A DNA stretch of 63,647 nt, filler included, from Alloascoidea hylecoeti (Eukaryota), in the NCBI GenBank assembly GCA_001600815.1. It is 10 parts of 8 records of this genome, joined end to end, with 100 filler letters (N's around TTAATTAATTAA, not from the genome) between each part and the next. Parts side by side here need not be neighbours in the genome. Positions count along the whole stretch, not along the records: positions 1 to 7,052 come from BCKZ01000003.1; positions 7,153 to 13,836 come from BCKZ01000003.1; 8 more parts are not named here. One strand, written 5' to 3'. Positions 1 through 12,796 of the stretch are shown piece by piece. A program made the position numbers and the translations under genes. Below the pieces are notes generated by a model. It searched no databases. It had not been told where the DNA came from and saw nothing but the letters and a program-made list of their open reading frames with translations. Within the stretch, counting starts at the first letter, position 1. Every line of letters starts with the position of its first letter.

Positions 1-219
1 GATTCTGAATCAGAAAAGATTGTGCAACAAGCTATTGATGCAGCGGCTCAAGGAAGAACTACAATTGCAGTTGCTCATCGACTTAGTACTATTCAACATG
101 CAGATATAATTTATGTTTTTGAAAATGGAAAGATTTTAGAAGAAGGTACTCATGAACAATTGATGAATAATAAATTAAGATACTATGAATTGGTCAGATT
201 ACAAGCATTAGAAAATTAA
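1..219 (+). CDS. 3' end of ABCB/MDR (P-glycoprotein-like) ABC transporter, copy A (5'-truncated by window)
   Basis: [39 protein letters not shown] matches the D-loop to H-loop end of an ABCB NBD2; stop TAA at 217-219. Confidence 0.93.
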   Translation, partial: DSESEKIVQQAIDAAAQGRTTIAVAHRLSTIQHADIIYVFENGKILEEGTHEQLMNNKLRYYELVRLQALEN

Positions 220-1619
220 TCATAAATTTATGATATATTTTATGTCTCTTTATTTTTATATTTTTTTTATTTATCTTGATGGTAAATACTTCATTCATGT
301 TCATGATGATCATGATCAACTTTATAAATTTATATTTTATTCACAGCATTATGTTTTTACCTACCGGTATTATTATAATTATAATCATTAATTAATTTTG
401 TATAATTTTAATTCTTCTCATAATTAATTCCTTATGATATCAATTTATAGCTTTTTAATATTAATTTTGCATTCAATTTTTGAAAAGTTTACAAATATGT
501 TTAAAAATACCGTGGTCATGGCCATTCGGTTAAGATGCCGTATAAGAGGAGGGAATTCTCAATAACAAATAATCTCAAAATAAAAGTTGGTAGTCTAACA
601 ATAATGTTTGAAAGATGGATATAAAATCACAATTGCAATAATTAATAACCTAATCAAAATATTTCTTTGCTGAAATGATATTTTATTATAAATTAATATA
701 TTTCTCTTACCAAAAATTGATATTTCTAAATCCCAATTAAGAATGTACTATCATAACTAGCTAAATATGTAAAGTCTTCAGATCAAATTTATAGAAACAG
801 TGTGTCCCGCAAGTTTTGTATGTTTCTTCTAGAGTTGGGATGTCTAATATGACAAATACTTATTAAACCTAGCTGACTCATCAGGAACTTCAAATTGAAA
901 TACCGGTAGCGAAGCAGTTATGTTTAAGTAAGAAGTTCCGGGAAGGAAGTCATTTCATTACCACAAAGTCGAATTGACTCATTCTTCTTGGGAGTGGATC
1001 AGAGTCAGAATTCTTCAATAGTATGCGCCGGTATTGGTCTCGGCATGCATATTCAAAAGGTCTCGGCGAAACCGAAATTGAAACCTCCGAACACTAATAT
1101 CATCCACCTGCATATGCAAGTGGAAGTGATCGATCGGCTTTGTTGTGGAAACATATACCCGGGCGAAATCTTACAAAACTTACGGGATATATTGTTTAAT
1201 CCTGATTTTGAAATCTTTAACATTTTGATAGATAATTTAGTATATTAAGTTTTTGGTCTAGGCCCATACAATTATCATCATTAATCCATCACACGTTACA
1301 ATTGGAATAAAGAACGGAGAAGATTTTTGAGTTAAGTTAGTGATTATTGTGTTTTCGATCAGATATTATTGATTGTTCATTTTAAATTTGATTCTCATTA
1401 TTTGTTTTTAATCCATATTCTGAAATAATAAAATTGGTAGAGACAGAATGAGATAGAAGTATAAGAGGCAAAATGAGATGAAACATCAATGGAATAATAA
1501 GATAATGCATTCATAAATGGATATTAAAATCAAGAATGTTATGATTATACATAAGATTTGTCACTTTTATAGCTCCATAGATAAATTAATTGTTGAATAA
1601 TATAATAATTTGGTAGAAT

Positions 1620-2400
1620 AGTTTTCAATCACGAATTGCATAAGCAGCAACAAATATATTTTTTTCAAAATAGTATTACTAAAGTCTATATATACTTTAT
1701 ACTTGTAGTTATAACACTGGTAAAATATGCTCGAATTTTTTTTTTTTTTGTTTGTAATTCTTGCAATTGTTGATGTGTTAGCGTTAGTCTACAATTTGGG
1801 GTGAGTTCATAATTATAACTGTAAGTCTCCAATACATATCTCTCTTTGTTATATACGGATGATTAAGTGTAATAGGGTCTGAATTTCCCTTCGACTAGTT
1901 TTGAAGGCTTCTGCATCCTTGAATATTTGTCTAAGTATAAATCATTATCAGATATCTGAAATGTTTTCACTTTTTCTAACCTTGCTTTCATAAAATTGGC
2001 GGATTTAATTCATTCAGGTGAATCCTTTTATATAATAAACTATTCCTTGATTTTTTTGTTACTTCTAACTCTTTTTTTTGCCTACCCAAACCTCTCCAAA
2101 CTTTAAAGATATCTTCTGGAGATTAAAAAATTCCAGGTGTTGCAAAGCCCATCAAACACTTTAGACATTTTAGCTTCAGCGCTTGACTTTTGCTACATTT
2201 TAATGAAATTTAAGTCAGATGGTTGGTGGGATTTGTTACTAGCTTCCCGTCGTAGATACTTTTCAACTTCCTCTGGATCTTCAGTAAACCAAAACACGGT
2301 ACACCTACCTTTTTTTCTTGGTGAGTAGGTGAAATGAAGATTCTAAAACCAAAAAATTGAATGATAATTAAAAAATTAGAGCTTTTAAATACATAGTTTG
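1620..2400 (-). pseudogene. Degenerate repeated element of unknown type, homologous in inverted orientation to ~8870-9480
   Basis: Shared blocks such as AGGATT(C/T)ACCTGAA, AGATATCTGAT(A/G)ATGATTTAT and TATATTTGTTGC...TGCAATTCGTG; frames broken by stops. Confidence 0.5.
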
Positions 2401-2635
2401 TAATTAACATAGTCTATCTCATTTTGTAATATATCTATCGGAATCCTAAACCAAGCGATGAAAGAAAAATAAACCAGTGCTAACAATTTTTGTATTATTA
2501 TTAATAATAATAATGGTTCACGGTATTTGTGATAATGATCAAATATATTTAGCATAAATATAAGTAACTAATAGAGCAAGCGAACTATATTTAACTATTC
2601 TAAATGATATAAATATGTGCATATATAAAATAGAC

Positions 2636-3385
2636 CTAGAACGGTAAGGATTCTCCATCATAATTTAAAAATGATCCAGAATTCTTAATACTAAGATCAT
2701 TTACAACCTTCAAAATAGAAGAAACAGATTCATTGGGGTTAAGACCTTGAACTTAGCATCTCCAAACTCAGTTTCATCACCCTCTTTAAGACCATAAATT
2801 GTAAGCAATTCTTTAGACATATCAGTTGCTACCAATCCCGGGTGGAACGAAGCAACAACGACACCATCCTTCTTCAAATTTATAGATAATACCTTCATAT
2901 AATAATTAAGCGCTGCTTTGGATGCTCCATAAGCTGCGAAAAAATCAGTGGTAACTGTACCAATAGACCCTGCATTACTAGAAATGAATATGATTTTAGG
3001 GGATACCTAATTTGATAAAAACGGAAGTAGTGCTTTAATGAGTAAAACTGGACCAATTGAGTTGACTGTAATTAATTCGTTAATAACCAAAACCGGTTTT
3101 TCTAGTAATGATCTGGGTTCCTCGGTTGAGATTCCAGCATTTGAGATTAAAACATCAATTCCATTAGTAAACCTAGAGACTTGATCAGTTAAACTAGCAG
3201 TACTGTCTTCGCTTGAAACATCAAGTTTGACGATTTTAGTATTAAGATGTTCCTTGTAACCCTGTCACTTCATCTGGATTTCTTGCGGAGGCAATAACTA
3301 GATTATTAGAATCTAAAGAAAATTGTTTAACGAAGGCAAATCCGATTCCTCTATTTGCTCCAGAGATAAAATAAACAGTTGTCAC
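2636..3385 (-). pseudogene. Short-chain dehydrogenase/reductase (OSI1/YKL071W-like) pseudogene
   Basis: Colinear with the intact SDR at 7800-8561; start is GTG instead of ATG, in-frame stop near 3007, deletion near 3265 and frameshift near 2733. Confidence 0.9.
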
Positions 3386-3574
3386 TTTCTGAATTACAAT
3401 AAATAGTTTGATATAATGTTAATTTCAAATTTAATAAGATTTAAATAAATCAAACTTTTAACTAAGAAGAAGACCATTGTATGCTTTTTATATTCGTATC
3501 ATATATTGAAAATAAATGTAATGGTATATTGCTAAATAATATGGAATTGAAAGATTCCAATTATAGTGGTAACT

Positions 3575-3656
3575 TGAGCTGGAATTAACGGATATCGACT
3601 ATTTCCCAAATTGGAAATAATGGATTAACCACTAAACCGGAATTAGCGGAGTAATT
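3575..3656. promoter_or_regulatory. Repeated GGAATTA(A/G)CGGA motif, candidate Zn2Cys6-factor element upstream of the SDR
   Basis: Copies at 3581, 3613 (degenerate) and 3639; the same array recurs at 12104-12177. Confidence 0.5.
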
Positions 3657-6012
3657 GTACTTAAATTATAAATTTTATATAATTATAACTGAGTACTCTA
3701 AAGACACTTTCCAAGAAACCTTTTAAATATCCACTAATATGAAATAAGCTCCACATTTAAAAGGCCTTATCTCAATGAAAGAAGCCTAAGGAGCAGAATT
3801 ATATGCTTTGAAGATAGACTGGAGTGGTCTCATGTCTTTAAGGACTCGAAGAGTACGTACTCAGTAACTGGTTATAATCTTGCCATTTTTATACGAACTA
3901 GTGACCCCGAAAGTAAATCTTCATCTCTTGTATATTTATATGCCAAATATCGAACACATTCATCATGAATAATATATGAACAATAAGATATATAATAGAG
4001 AATGTTTTTTGAGTTTGGAATTAACACAAGAAGCTCAAGAATTTGTTTCGAAAATTGTGTTCCAACTATAATTGTTCAATTTCTGTAAATATTGTGGAAG
4101 GCATTCACATTTTCCCTGCTTAAATTTATAGATTCCCCACACCCTCTTTTAGAGCCAACACCATCAACAGCATGAAATGACTATTTAAAGATAACAGCGG
4201 ATAGTTGAATGGTTAATGTACATTTGTTTGTGTTAAGGCTAGATGCTCCATTAAAATATGATCCTTTTCCTTTCTTCGCAGGGATATACATATATCCAAT
4301 ACTATGCTTTATATTAGATAAGTAAATAGATACATAGATACTTTATTATATATCCATTCGATGCATTTGATTCATCACAGTCGTTGAATATGCAATGTAA
4401 GTTGCATATTACCATAGACAGCAATTAGACATATGCACAAACTCAAAATATGGTAGTTACCCTACTATAGGCATATCAACAATTCGCTTTTACTTTAATA
4501 TCTCTTTCTAATCAATCAAAAATCAGCCGACCATAAAGAACGTTATATAAAATTCCTCGAATCGAGGGGTTTAATAGAATAAAACAGAAAAACTTCTGTT
4601 TCTCAGGAAGAAATATTGGAACACTTGGAACATAGCCAAACTTGTTAGCACTTTGATAGACCACTATTATTTATGAATGTTGATTGTATTCAGAAGAGAG
4701 TTAATTCAAACAGCAGTTCTAAACAATCTAGTATGGCCAAGGAATTGTGCAGTTAAGTTACAATATTGTTGCCCCTAAAATATATCCAACTTATAAACAT
4801 AAAATCTTGATTAAATGACCTACGACTGTATAAAACATAAATCACTTTCGTAAACATCACTGAAGGCAATTCTAGTCACACTTCTTTTATTACAACAACT
4901 TGTCTTAGTCGCTTTGGCATGGATACGATGAGTATGGAGCGAGTCTGTATATGATTGATCTGACTGATGCCATAACTCATTAGTTCTGAAAGAAAGATTC
5001 TTGATTTACTTAACACCACCTTTCATTGTGGCCAACTCTGGATGATGATTCCCTGGATCAATTCTGAGCTTCTATCAAACAGGTTTCGATGCTTAGGTCT
5101 TGAATAGGTCTTGAAATCTTACGGCCCAACACGGCGGTTCCATTTGATCTTCCTTCTCAATAGCCGACTATTGTGTGCTATCGTTGGACTTTGTAATTCT
5201 TTTATAGATCCCCGCAATCTCATGAAGTTAACTTTTGCTTTACTCCAGTTGATTTTGAAAAGCCCCAAAGGCTTCATCACAAACCCAGTTTCAGAATAGT
5301 TATGACCTATTCCTATAGCTACTAAATGGACAAGATATCACCTTCGTTCTGTGGTCAGCTAAATCAATCAGCGGAACGAAGTACAATTTATGAGATACTT
5401 TCAAATAAAGTTTAACTAAAGATTTATGCGTTTATGAGTTAAATACCGCTGCACCTTAACAGAAAATTAACAAATTCTAATGAAAATAGTTTTCATGATC
5501 AAAATACAATAAGTTTATCCTCTATAATATTTCAACAGGTCATTTATAATTATGAATGGAGAGGGTGGTGGTGCAGATTTAGGTCTCTAGTTTCACTCCT
5601 CTTATGAACTTGCAGAACATGCATATATTATAAGTACTCCATTAACAGTTATGTGTTTACAAAGGAGACGCTAGTTTTTCCAAAAAACACATTATAAAAT
5701 TGTAGAAATGAGGCAGATGAAATAGCACGAAACTATTCCTTTACCCAAAGAACCATTTCTGATAGCTTTGATACATATCTGGCATCTAGTTACCCCTATC
5801 TTTTGAACAGTTTATTTTATTTCGAACCAAAGTTCACATCATCTATGCCATTTGATTTTCATACCACTCACTGTTTGCCACTAATAATAAAAAACGTAAG
5901 GCTGGTATTCATCGGACATAGCGCACTTTTCATTTTTATGATAGCCAAAACCTTGAACTATATATAAATTTATTCCTTCTTTGTTTTGCTTTATTGCAAT
6001 ATCACTTTTAAT

Positions 6013-7052
6013 ATGGTATTTTCACACTCTTCAAAGTCTTCGAGGTCCTCTATTTTATCAATCCCAGAATTCATGTCAAAGTCAAATGATTCAAAATCTG
6101 CGGTGGAAAAAGATGACAAAGTAGATCCATTTAAAGATTTACCCCAAAATGAAGCTGAAATATTACGTCGTCAAGTAGAAACCCCTGAATTTCATGCTTC
6201 AATTCCCTCCTTATATCGTTACATTGGCCAAGGAGGTGTTTCGGATTACGTCCTGTTAATTACAGCATATACATGTTCAATTATTGCTGGTGCTTTACTT
6301 CCTTTAATGACTATTATTGTTGGTCGATTAACTCAAAAAATGGCTGATTTTATGGCAACAGGTAATGACCCTAATGGGTTCCAGCGTGATGTTAATCATT
6401 ATGCCTTATATTTTGTTTATTTAGGTATTGGTATTAGTGTATTCGCATATTTACATACATGTTTACATGTAAGTATTGGTGAATTGTTAACTGGTAGAGT
6501 TAGACAGCATTATTTATATGCTATATTACATCAAAATATTGGATTCTTTGATGATATTGGAGCTGGTGAAGTTACAGAAAGAATCAGTACTGATACAAGA
6601 TTAATTCAAGATGGTATTTCTGAGAAAGCGGGTTTAATTGCTGAAGGAATAGCTCGATTTCTATCGGCCTTTGTAATTGGTTTTACTCAATCTGCCAAAA
6701 TGACGGGAGTTTTAATATGTAGTATTGTTGCAATATTTGGTGGTATGATGATTGGTTCTGTTTTCATAATGAAATATTCAAGTAAAAGTTTAGTTACCTA
6801 TGCTGAAGCTTCATCTGTTGCAGAAGAAGTGTTTTCTTCAATTAGAAATGTTGTTGCTTTTGGTACTCAAGCTCGTTTAGCAAATCAATATGATGAGAAA
6901 ATTGTTACCTCTAGATACTGGGGCATTAGAAAAGGATTCTCTTTAGCTGGTATGATAGCACTGATGTGGTGCACATTGTATTTAACTTATTCATTGGCAT
7001 TTTGGCAAGGATCTAGATTTATTGCTTGGGGTGACATTAGTATTTCTGATGT
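6013..7052 (+). CDS. 5' part of ABCB/MDR ABC transporter, copy B (TMD1; broken by gap)
   Basis: ATG at 6013; ABC membrane-domain motifs QNIGFFDDIGAGEVTERISTD, VAEEVFSSIRNVVAFG, YSLAFWQG. Confidence 0.93.
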
Positions 7053-7152
7053 NNNNNNNNNNNNNNNNNNNNNNNNNNNNNNNNNNNNNNNNNNNNTTAA
7101 TTAATTAANNNNNNNNNNNNNNNNNNNNNNNNNNNNNNNNNNNNNNNNNNNN
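7053..7152. other. Artificial 100-nt contig spacer (N44-TTAATTAATTAA-N44); identical spacers at 13837, 18078, 48917, 50288, 52247, 55054, 56957 and 62289
   Basis: Same length and same six-frame stop linker at all nine gaps. Confidence 0.98.
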
Positions 7153-7260
7153 TATGTTTTTGAAAATGGAAAGATTTTAGAAGAAGGTACTCATGAACAA
7201 TTGATGAATAATAAATTAAGATACTATGAATTAGTCAGATTACAAGCATTAGAAAATTAA
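7153..7260 (+). CDS. 3' end of ABCB/MDR transporter (possibly the end of copy B)
   Basis: Nearly identical to 112-219 ([35 protein letters not shown]). Confidence 0.9.
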   Translation, partial: YVFENGKILEEGTHEQLMNNKLRYYELVRLQALEN

Positions 7261-7799
7261 TCATAAGTATGTATATGACAACTTTATAATTTGTTGTCGT
7301 TTCATTTTTTTAATTTATTTTGATAGTAAATAAATACTTTATAATTTATATCTCCATCATTATTGCTATTGAACTATCAATTAAATCAATGTTTCTAAGT
7401 TTTATACAGCATCATGTTTTTTCTTATTATTACCAATATTTTTAAGTTTTTATATGATTTTATTTCTTCTCATGTTCTCTTATTATGATCACTATTTTTT
7501 ACACATAGCTTTGAATATTATTTTTGCATTCAATTTTTGAAAAATACTAATATTAATTGAAATACGTAGAGTAGAGTATTTCAATTAATATTGCCGACTT
7601 AACGTACTAAATATTTGGCCTCAAAAAAAATGATGCCTTGATGATCTGCCCATAAAATGAGATATAATGACTCATCGGGTGGGCCTAATATTTGTACATC
7701 GCTACTATCATTTAACAAAGATCTCTATTTAACGTTGAGTTCTTCCTAAACCTTACATTACTATCTATATTATAAATGGTATAAATATATAATATACAT

Positions 7800-8561
7800 T
7801 TAGAAAGGTAAGGATTCTCCTCCATAGTTTAAAAATGATCCGGAACTTTTAATAGTAAGACCATTTACAACTTTCAAAATAGAAGAAACAGATTCATCAG
7901 GAGTTAGGACCTTGAACTTAGCATCTCCAAACTCAGTTTCATCACCTTCTTTAAGACCATGATTTTTAAGCACTCTTTTAGTCATATCAGTTGATACGAA
8001 TCCCGGGTGAAACGAAGCAACAATGATACCATCATTCTTTAAATTTATAGATAATACCTTCATATAATAATTAAGTGCCGCCTTGGATGCTCCATATGCC
8101 GCAACCATCTCGGTAGGAGTTGAGCTAATAGACCCAGCCACACTAGAAATAAATATGATTTTAGAGGATACCTTATTTGATAAAAACGGACGAAGAGCTC
8201 TAACGAGTAAAACTGGTCCAATTGAGTTGACTGTAAATAACCTACTAAACTCAGAAGTTGGGGTTTCTAAAATTGATCCAGATTTTTCAGTTGCGATTCC
8301 AGCATTTGAGATCAAAACATCAATTCCATTAGTAAACTTGGAAACTTGATCAGGTAAGCCTGCAATACTGTCCTCGTTTGAAACATCAAGTTTGACTATT
8401 TTAGTATTAGAATTTTCCTTAGACCATTCTTGTAACTCTGTAGCTTCATCTGGATTTCTTGCGGAGGCGATAACTAAATTATTAGAATTTGCAGATAATT
8501 GTTTAACAAAGGAAAATCCGATTCCTCTATTTGCACCAGAGATAAAATAAACAGTTGTCAT
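7800..8561 (-). CDS. Intact short-chain dehydrogenase/reductase, OSI1/YKL071W-like family
   Basis: MTTVYFISGANRGIG (SGxxxGIG), NAGI, catalytic YGASK, FHPGFVSTDM; the ATG at 8561 aligns with the paralog starts. Confidence 0.93.
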   Translation of the reverse strand: MTTVYFISGANRGIGFSFVKQLSANSNNLVIASARNPDEATELQEWSKENSNTKIVKLDVSNEDSIAGLPDQVSKFTNGIDVLISNAGIATEKSGSILETPTSEFSRLFTVNSIGPVLLVRALRPFLSNKVSSKIIFISSVAGSISSTPTEMVAAYGASKAALNYYMKVLSINLKNDGIIVASFHPGFVSTDMTKRVLKNHGLKEGDETEFGDAKFKVLTPDESVSSILKVVNGLTIKSSGSFLNYGGESLPF

Positions 8562-9884
8562 TTTCTGAATTGCAATAAGTAGAGATTGATATGAGGGTAA
8601 ATTGGAATTTAAAATGAAACAAACCAAGCTTAGAATTAGGTAGAAAGCAGGCCTGGGGATTGAATGGAATTTATAATCACACACCAAGGCCATATTTCGA
8701 CGTCAAATGCAATGGTACAGCTGCAACCAAAATATCTTTTTCCGACATCCCTCCAAAAAATCCCAAATGTAACTTTTAAGGCTAATAATTCAAACAGGCA
8801 CTTAGAACTTTATCAATATATGCTTCTAAAATTCTGCTAAGCGAAATTTCACGTAATTGTGATTCTAAAAGGTAACTAAAACCAACTAAGGCGGCGATTG
8901 AAATCTATATAAACAGGGCTTCTCAACTGCTGAAAGAGCCAGCATAGTAGAATATCAAAGACCACCACCTAACAAACCTTCTCTGAAAACTTGAAAAATG
9001 ATATTAGCCTCTTTTTACTGGCCTAGACAGCCCAAGAAACCCAAGTATTGGTTGCTTTGAACCTATAAAGCGGAGGATGAAAAATATGAGGATTTACCTG
9101 AACTGAATAAATCAACCGACTTTGTGAAGGAACCTTGCAACGTGTGGTTGGAAATTTTGAAAATATATGAGATATCTGATGATGATTTATGAACCTGGAT
9201 AAATATGAAGTCTTTAAGGGATGCAGGAAGTATGATATAACTCAAACTTCTACCACAGTGTTCAACGATCCTCTAAAAGTCATAAAAATGTATTTCAGAC
9301 AGCCTTGGAAGGGAAAAGTTTGAAGTTAGTAGGCTAAATCGTAGAGGCTCACACCACAATTACATCACTTAAAAAAATTGAAGATTTCTTATCAGGATTA
9401 TGGGATTAAGTGGACTTTAGTGATGCTATATATTTAATAATTTATATTTGTTGCCGGTTTTGCAATTCGTGGCTGAAATGTAAAATTTTGGGGACGGTAT
9501 AGTATGTGCTGAACATTATAGTTGTTAGATGGTAGTATAAGCCCGCAGAACGTTCATCCCGTTGGTCATATTTTCTATAAGAGTCTAGTTATAGTAAAAG
9601 AAGGAATTAATCCTGAGAGCATAGAATGAACGAGGCACTCATAAGCACGTAAATCGAAACCAGTTAATAACCCATAAGAGCATTAAATGAGACAGTACGA
9701 GTAGCACATTGCAAATATGAGTCAGAAAGTATACTGATTATCAAAATGTTGAAGAAGAAGAAGATTATGATATTACCTATAATTATAAAAGGAAGAAGCC
9801 AACTACTACTAGTAAGTATGATACTAACGTTAAAACTGCAGTTAATAATGATGATATTGGAAATACCTCTTTTGAGTATATATT

Positions 9885-10435
9885 TGAAGATGGGTATTAA
9901 GCGAAAAAACTGTTTTGGATGATGATGGTAATGAAATAAAAATAGAGAAGGCAAGGACTGTTGCTTGTCTGAATTATGAGGCTCCGAATAATGAGGTCGA
10001 ATACTAGGCATCAACATTAGCCATTTCAAGCTTCTATTCTTTATTCAATTATGTCGTACAAAACTCATTACGAAGCACAGTTATAGATTTCAAGAATGCC
10101 TATACAAATTCCGATATTGATGGTGAGGTTTATATTAGAGCACCTAAATATTATTATGAATTGTATGGTGAGGATATGAAGTATTTTAAATTGCTTCATG
10201 CATTATAAGGCCTTAGAAGAAGTGGAGCCCTATGGCAAAGCCATATTACACAATCCTTAGAGCGCCATGAATTTGTGGTCGTGGAAAATGTTTTTCGGCA
10301 CAAATCAAGACACATCTTGATTGGTTTGTATGTTGATGACGCCATTATTTTATTCAATAATGATGATGATCTAAAATTTATGAAGTCAATTGTTTTTCTA
10401 GAAACCAAATATACAGTTAAGTGGAAAATTCCTGA
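9885..10435 (+). mobile_element. Ty1/copia reverse transcriptase relic
   Basis: RWVLSEK...KARTVA...DFKNAY...AL*GLRRSGALW...IGLYVDDAII with in-frame stops. Confidence 0.9.
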
Positions 10436-10526
10436 AAGTAATAAATTTTAGATCATCATCATTATTGAGTAAAATAATGGCGTCATCAACATACAAACCA
10501 ATCAAGATGTGTCTTGATTTGTGCCG
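10296..10526. repeat. Inverted repeat: 86-bp arms (10296-10381 / 10441-10526), 59-nt loop
   Basis: Direct reverse-complement comparison shows 1 mismatch; the arms span the YVDD-coding segment. Confidence 0.95.
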
Positions 10527-10825
10527 CTACCATTTTTGTCGTTCATCTCTTTTGAACTTGACAAGTTTCTTGCATCGTTTCAGCTAATTGCTGAATATAG
10601 TCTTCCAAACTCATGTTGTGACAATATTATATGTTGGGAAATTAAATAATTCTCGGTTCATTTATTATAAGTAGGAAATATCTAGTCTTTATATAGTCTG
10701 TTATTTTACTGTTCTAATACTATTATGGAAAACTCATTACCATACTAAATAGGTAAATATGTTAAAACACCCCGATTATTGTAACCTTAAAAACCAAACT
10801 TAAATATTTCAAACAAACATCCAAT

Positions 10826-11185
10826 TAAGGTAACAGTTTGTTTCATTTAGAGTTGAAACAGAGGATTTGGGTTTGCCTTTGTCAAACAATTAAATTTAGA
10901 GTCCAATAATTTAGTTATTGCTTCTGCAAGAAATTCAGATGAAGTTACAGAGTTACAAGAATCCAAGGAACATCCTAATACTAAAATCGTTGTGATGACT
11001 CTACTTTACATAATTTTTAAATATTTTAAGAAACTAAGTTCACTAATGGAAAAGATGTTTTACTCTCATATTCTGGAGTTTCTAGTCTTCACAGCCAACT
11101 CATTTGGTTCAGTTTTAATTGTTATAAATAGATCCCTTCTTCCGTTTTTATCAAATAAGATATCACCTAAAATTAATTTCAATCA
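10826..11185 (+). pseudogene. SDR 5'-half relic (opposite strand to the other SDR copies)
   Basis: NRGFGFAFVKQLNLESNNLVIASARNSDEVTELQE...FTANSFGSVL...PFLSNKISPKI. Confidence 0.8.
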
Positions 11186-11558
11186 TATAGCTTTTTTGGT
11201 TTTATTTTCGTAAGTTTCCTTCAAAATATTGAGAACCCATGGAGTGGCATTATGGGATATGATTGACTCTGTGGTATTCAAGGTGGGAATCGAACGTAGA
11301 GTTGATGGCGTCAACACCAACTACTAGATTTAAATTTTATTTTGTGTACACAAATATGATCTTTAGTTTCTACAGAAGATTATACACTACATTAAGAAAG
11401 GTTTAAAGTCTTCTCATGTACTCGGTGACTGGTCATAATACTATCATTTTCGTGGAGGGGCATCTAAAATACGAACGGGATAAGAAAAGGCCCCCCTATA
11501 AAGATAGATATTTATAACCAATAAACTATTGGAAATGGTATAAATATGTAAAATAGAC

Positions 11559-11945
11559 CTATAACGGTAAGGATTCTCTTCCATAGTTTAAAAATGATCC
11601 GGAACTTTTAATAGTAAGACGATTTACAACTTTCAAAATAGAAGAAACAGATTCATCAGGAGTTAAGATCTTCATCTTAGAATCTCCCAACTCATCACCT
11701 TCTTTAAGACCAAGATTTTTAAGAAATTCCTTAGTCATACCAGTTGCTACTAATCCCGGGTTAAATGAAGCAACGATTATACCATATTCCTTTAAATTTA
11801 TAGATAATACCTTCATATAATAATTAAGTGCTGTTTTGGATGATCCATATGCTGCAAAATTATCAGAATCGGCTGCATCAATAGACCCAACAAGACTAGA
11901 GATGAAGATGATTTTAGGGGATGTCTTACTTGATAAAATAAACGG
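11559..11945 (-). pseudogene. SDR 3'-half relic
   Basis: SPKIIFISSLVGS...AYGSSKTALNYYMKVLSINLK...FNPGLVATGM; N-terminal Rossmann half absent. Confidence 0.88.
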
Positions 11946-12103
11946 TTGCCATACTTAGAGTTGGAGTTTGATATTAGGATGCGTCATCTGAAATTTAATA
12001 TGAATTAGATCAAGATCATTACTGAGAAGATGGAAAGACATAGCTATAAATTTCTATTTAAGTCTATATTCCTGAATAATATTATATGGTATTTGAAATA
12101 CCC

Positions 12104-12177
12104 TGAGCGGGAATTAACGGACTAGTTCCTGATCTGGGGTTAGCGGAGTAATTATGGTACTCTGGAATTAGCGGAAT
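12104..12177. promoter_or_regulatory. Second array of the GGAATTA(A/G)CGGA motif
   Basis: Three copies about 27 bp apart, homologous to 3575-3656. Confidence 0.5.
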
Positions 12178-12796
12178 ATTTCAATTGACCTATATGATTA
12201 TGTGGCAAATAGGATCTATGTAGTTCTCCTTTTACGTCGATTGGTTTGCGTTGAGGTTGGGTGCGCTATAATAATATCCTTTTCCTTCCTTCACTCTGTT
12301 CACAAGGAATATATGGAGTACCTGCAGTATTTCAGCACATAAATACCTATTTGGGTAACAACACTCCCACAATGCAATCAGGGTCCCAGTTTCTGGCTTC
12401 TTATAATAGTTTATTTCTGGCTTGCAGGATGAGCATTTGTATAGAATATTATATCTAATTAGAAATTTCTAATGAAAACGGTTGGTTAATATAGCAATCT
12501 AATGTGAATTGTGAGTGATACACACGATTTAAGCTCCTGGCATAACATAAACTTTGTATATAACAATATGATGCATATTCAAGAACGGTTGAGCTTTATT
12601 TTTTGAACACATTATTCAATTTTGAACTAGAATTACTACCATCTCTATTATTATCTGAATTTGCCATCATATACAGAATGTGCGGCTGGTATTCATCGGA
12701 CATAGCGCACTTTTCATTCTTATGACAGCCAAAACCTTGAACTATATATAAATTTATTCCTTCTGTGTTTTGCTTTATTGCAATATCACTTTTAAT

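Noticed and set aside
4860..5400. Possible Ty3/gypsy integrase relic on the minus strand
   Set aside because: Only weak GH...CQ resemblance; too degraded to call
7053..7152. Recurrent TTAATTAATTAA motif inside N runs
   Set aside because: Artificial contig linker with stops in all six frames; ORFs ending there are truncated and it is not biological
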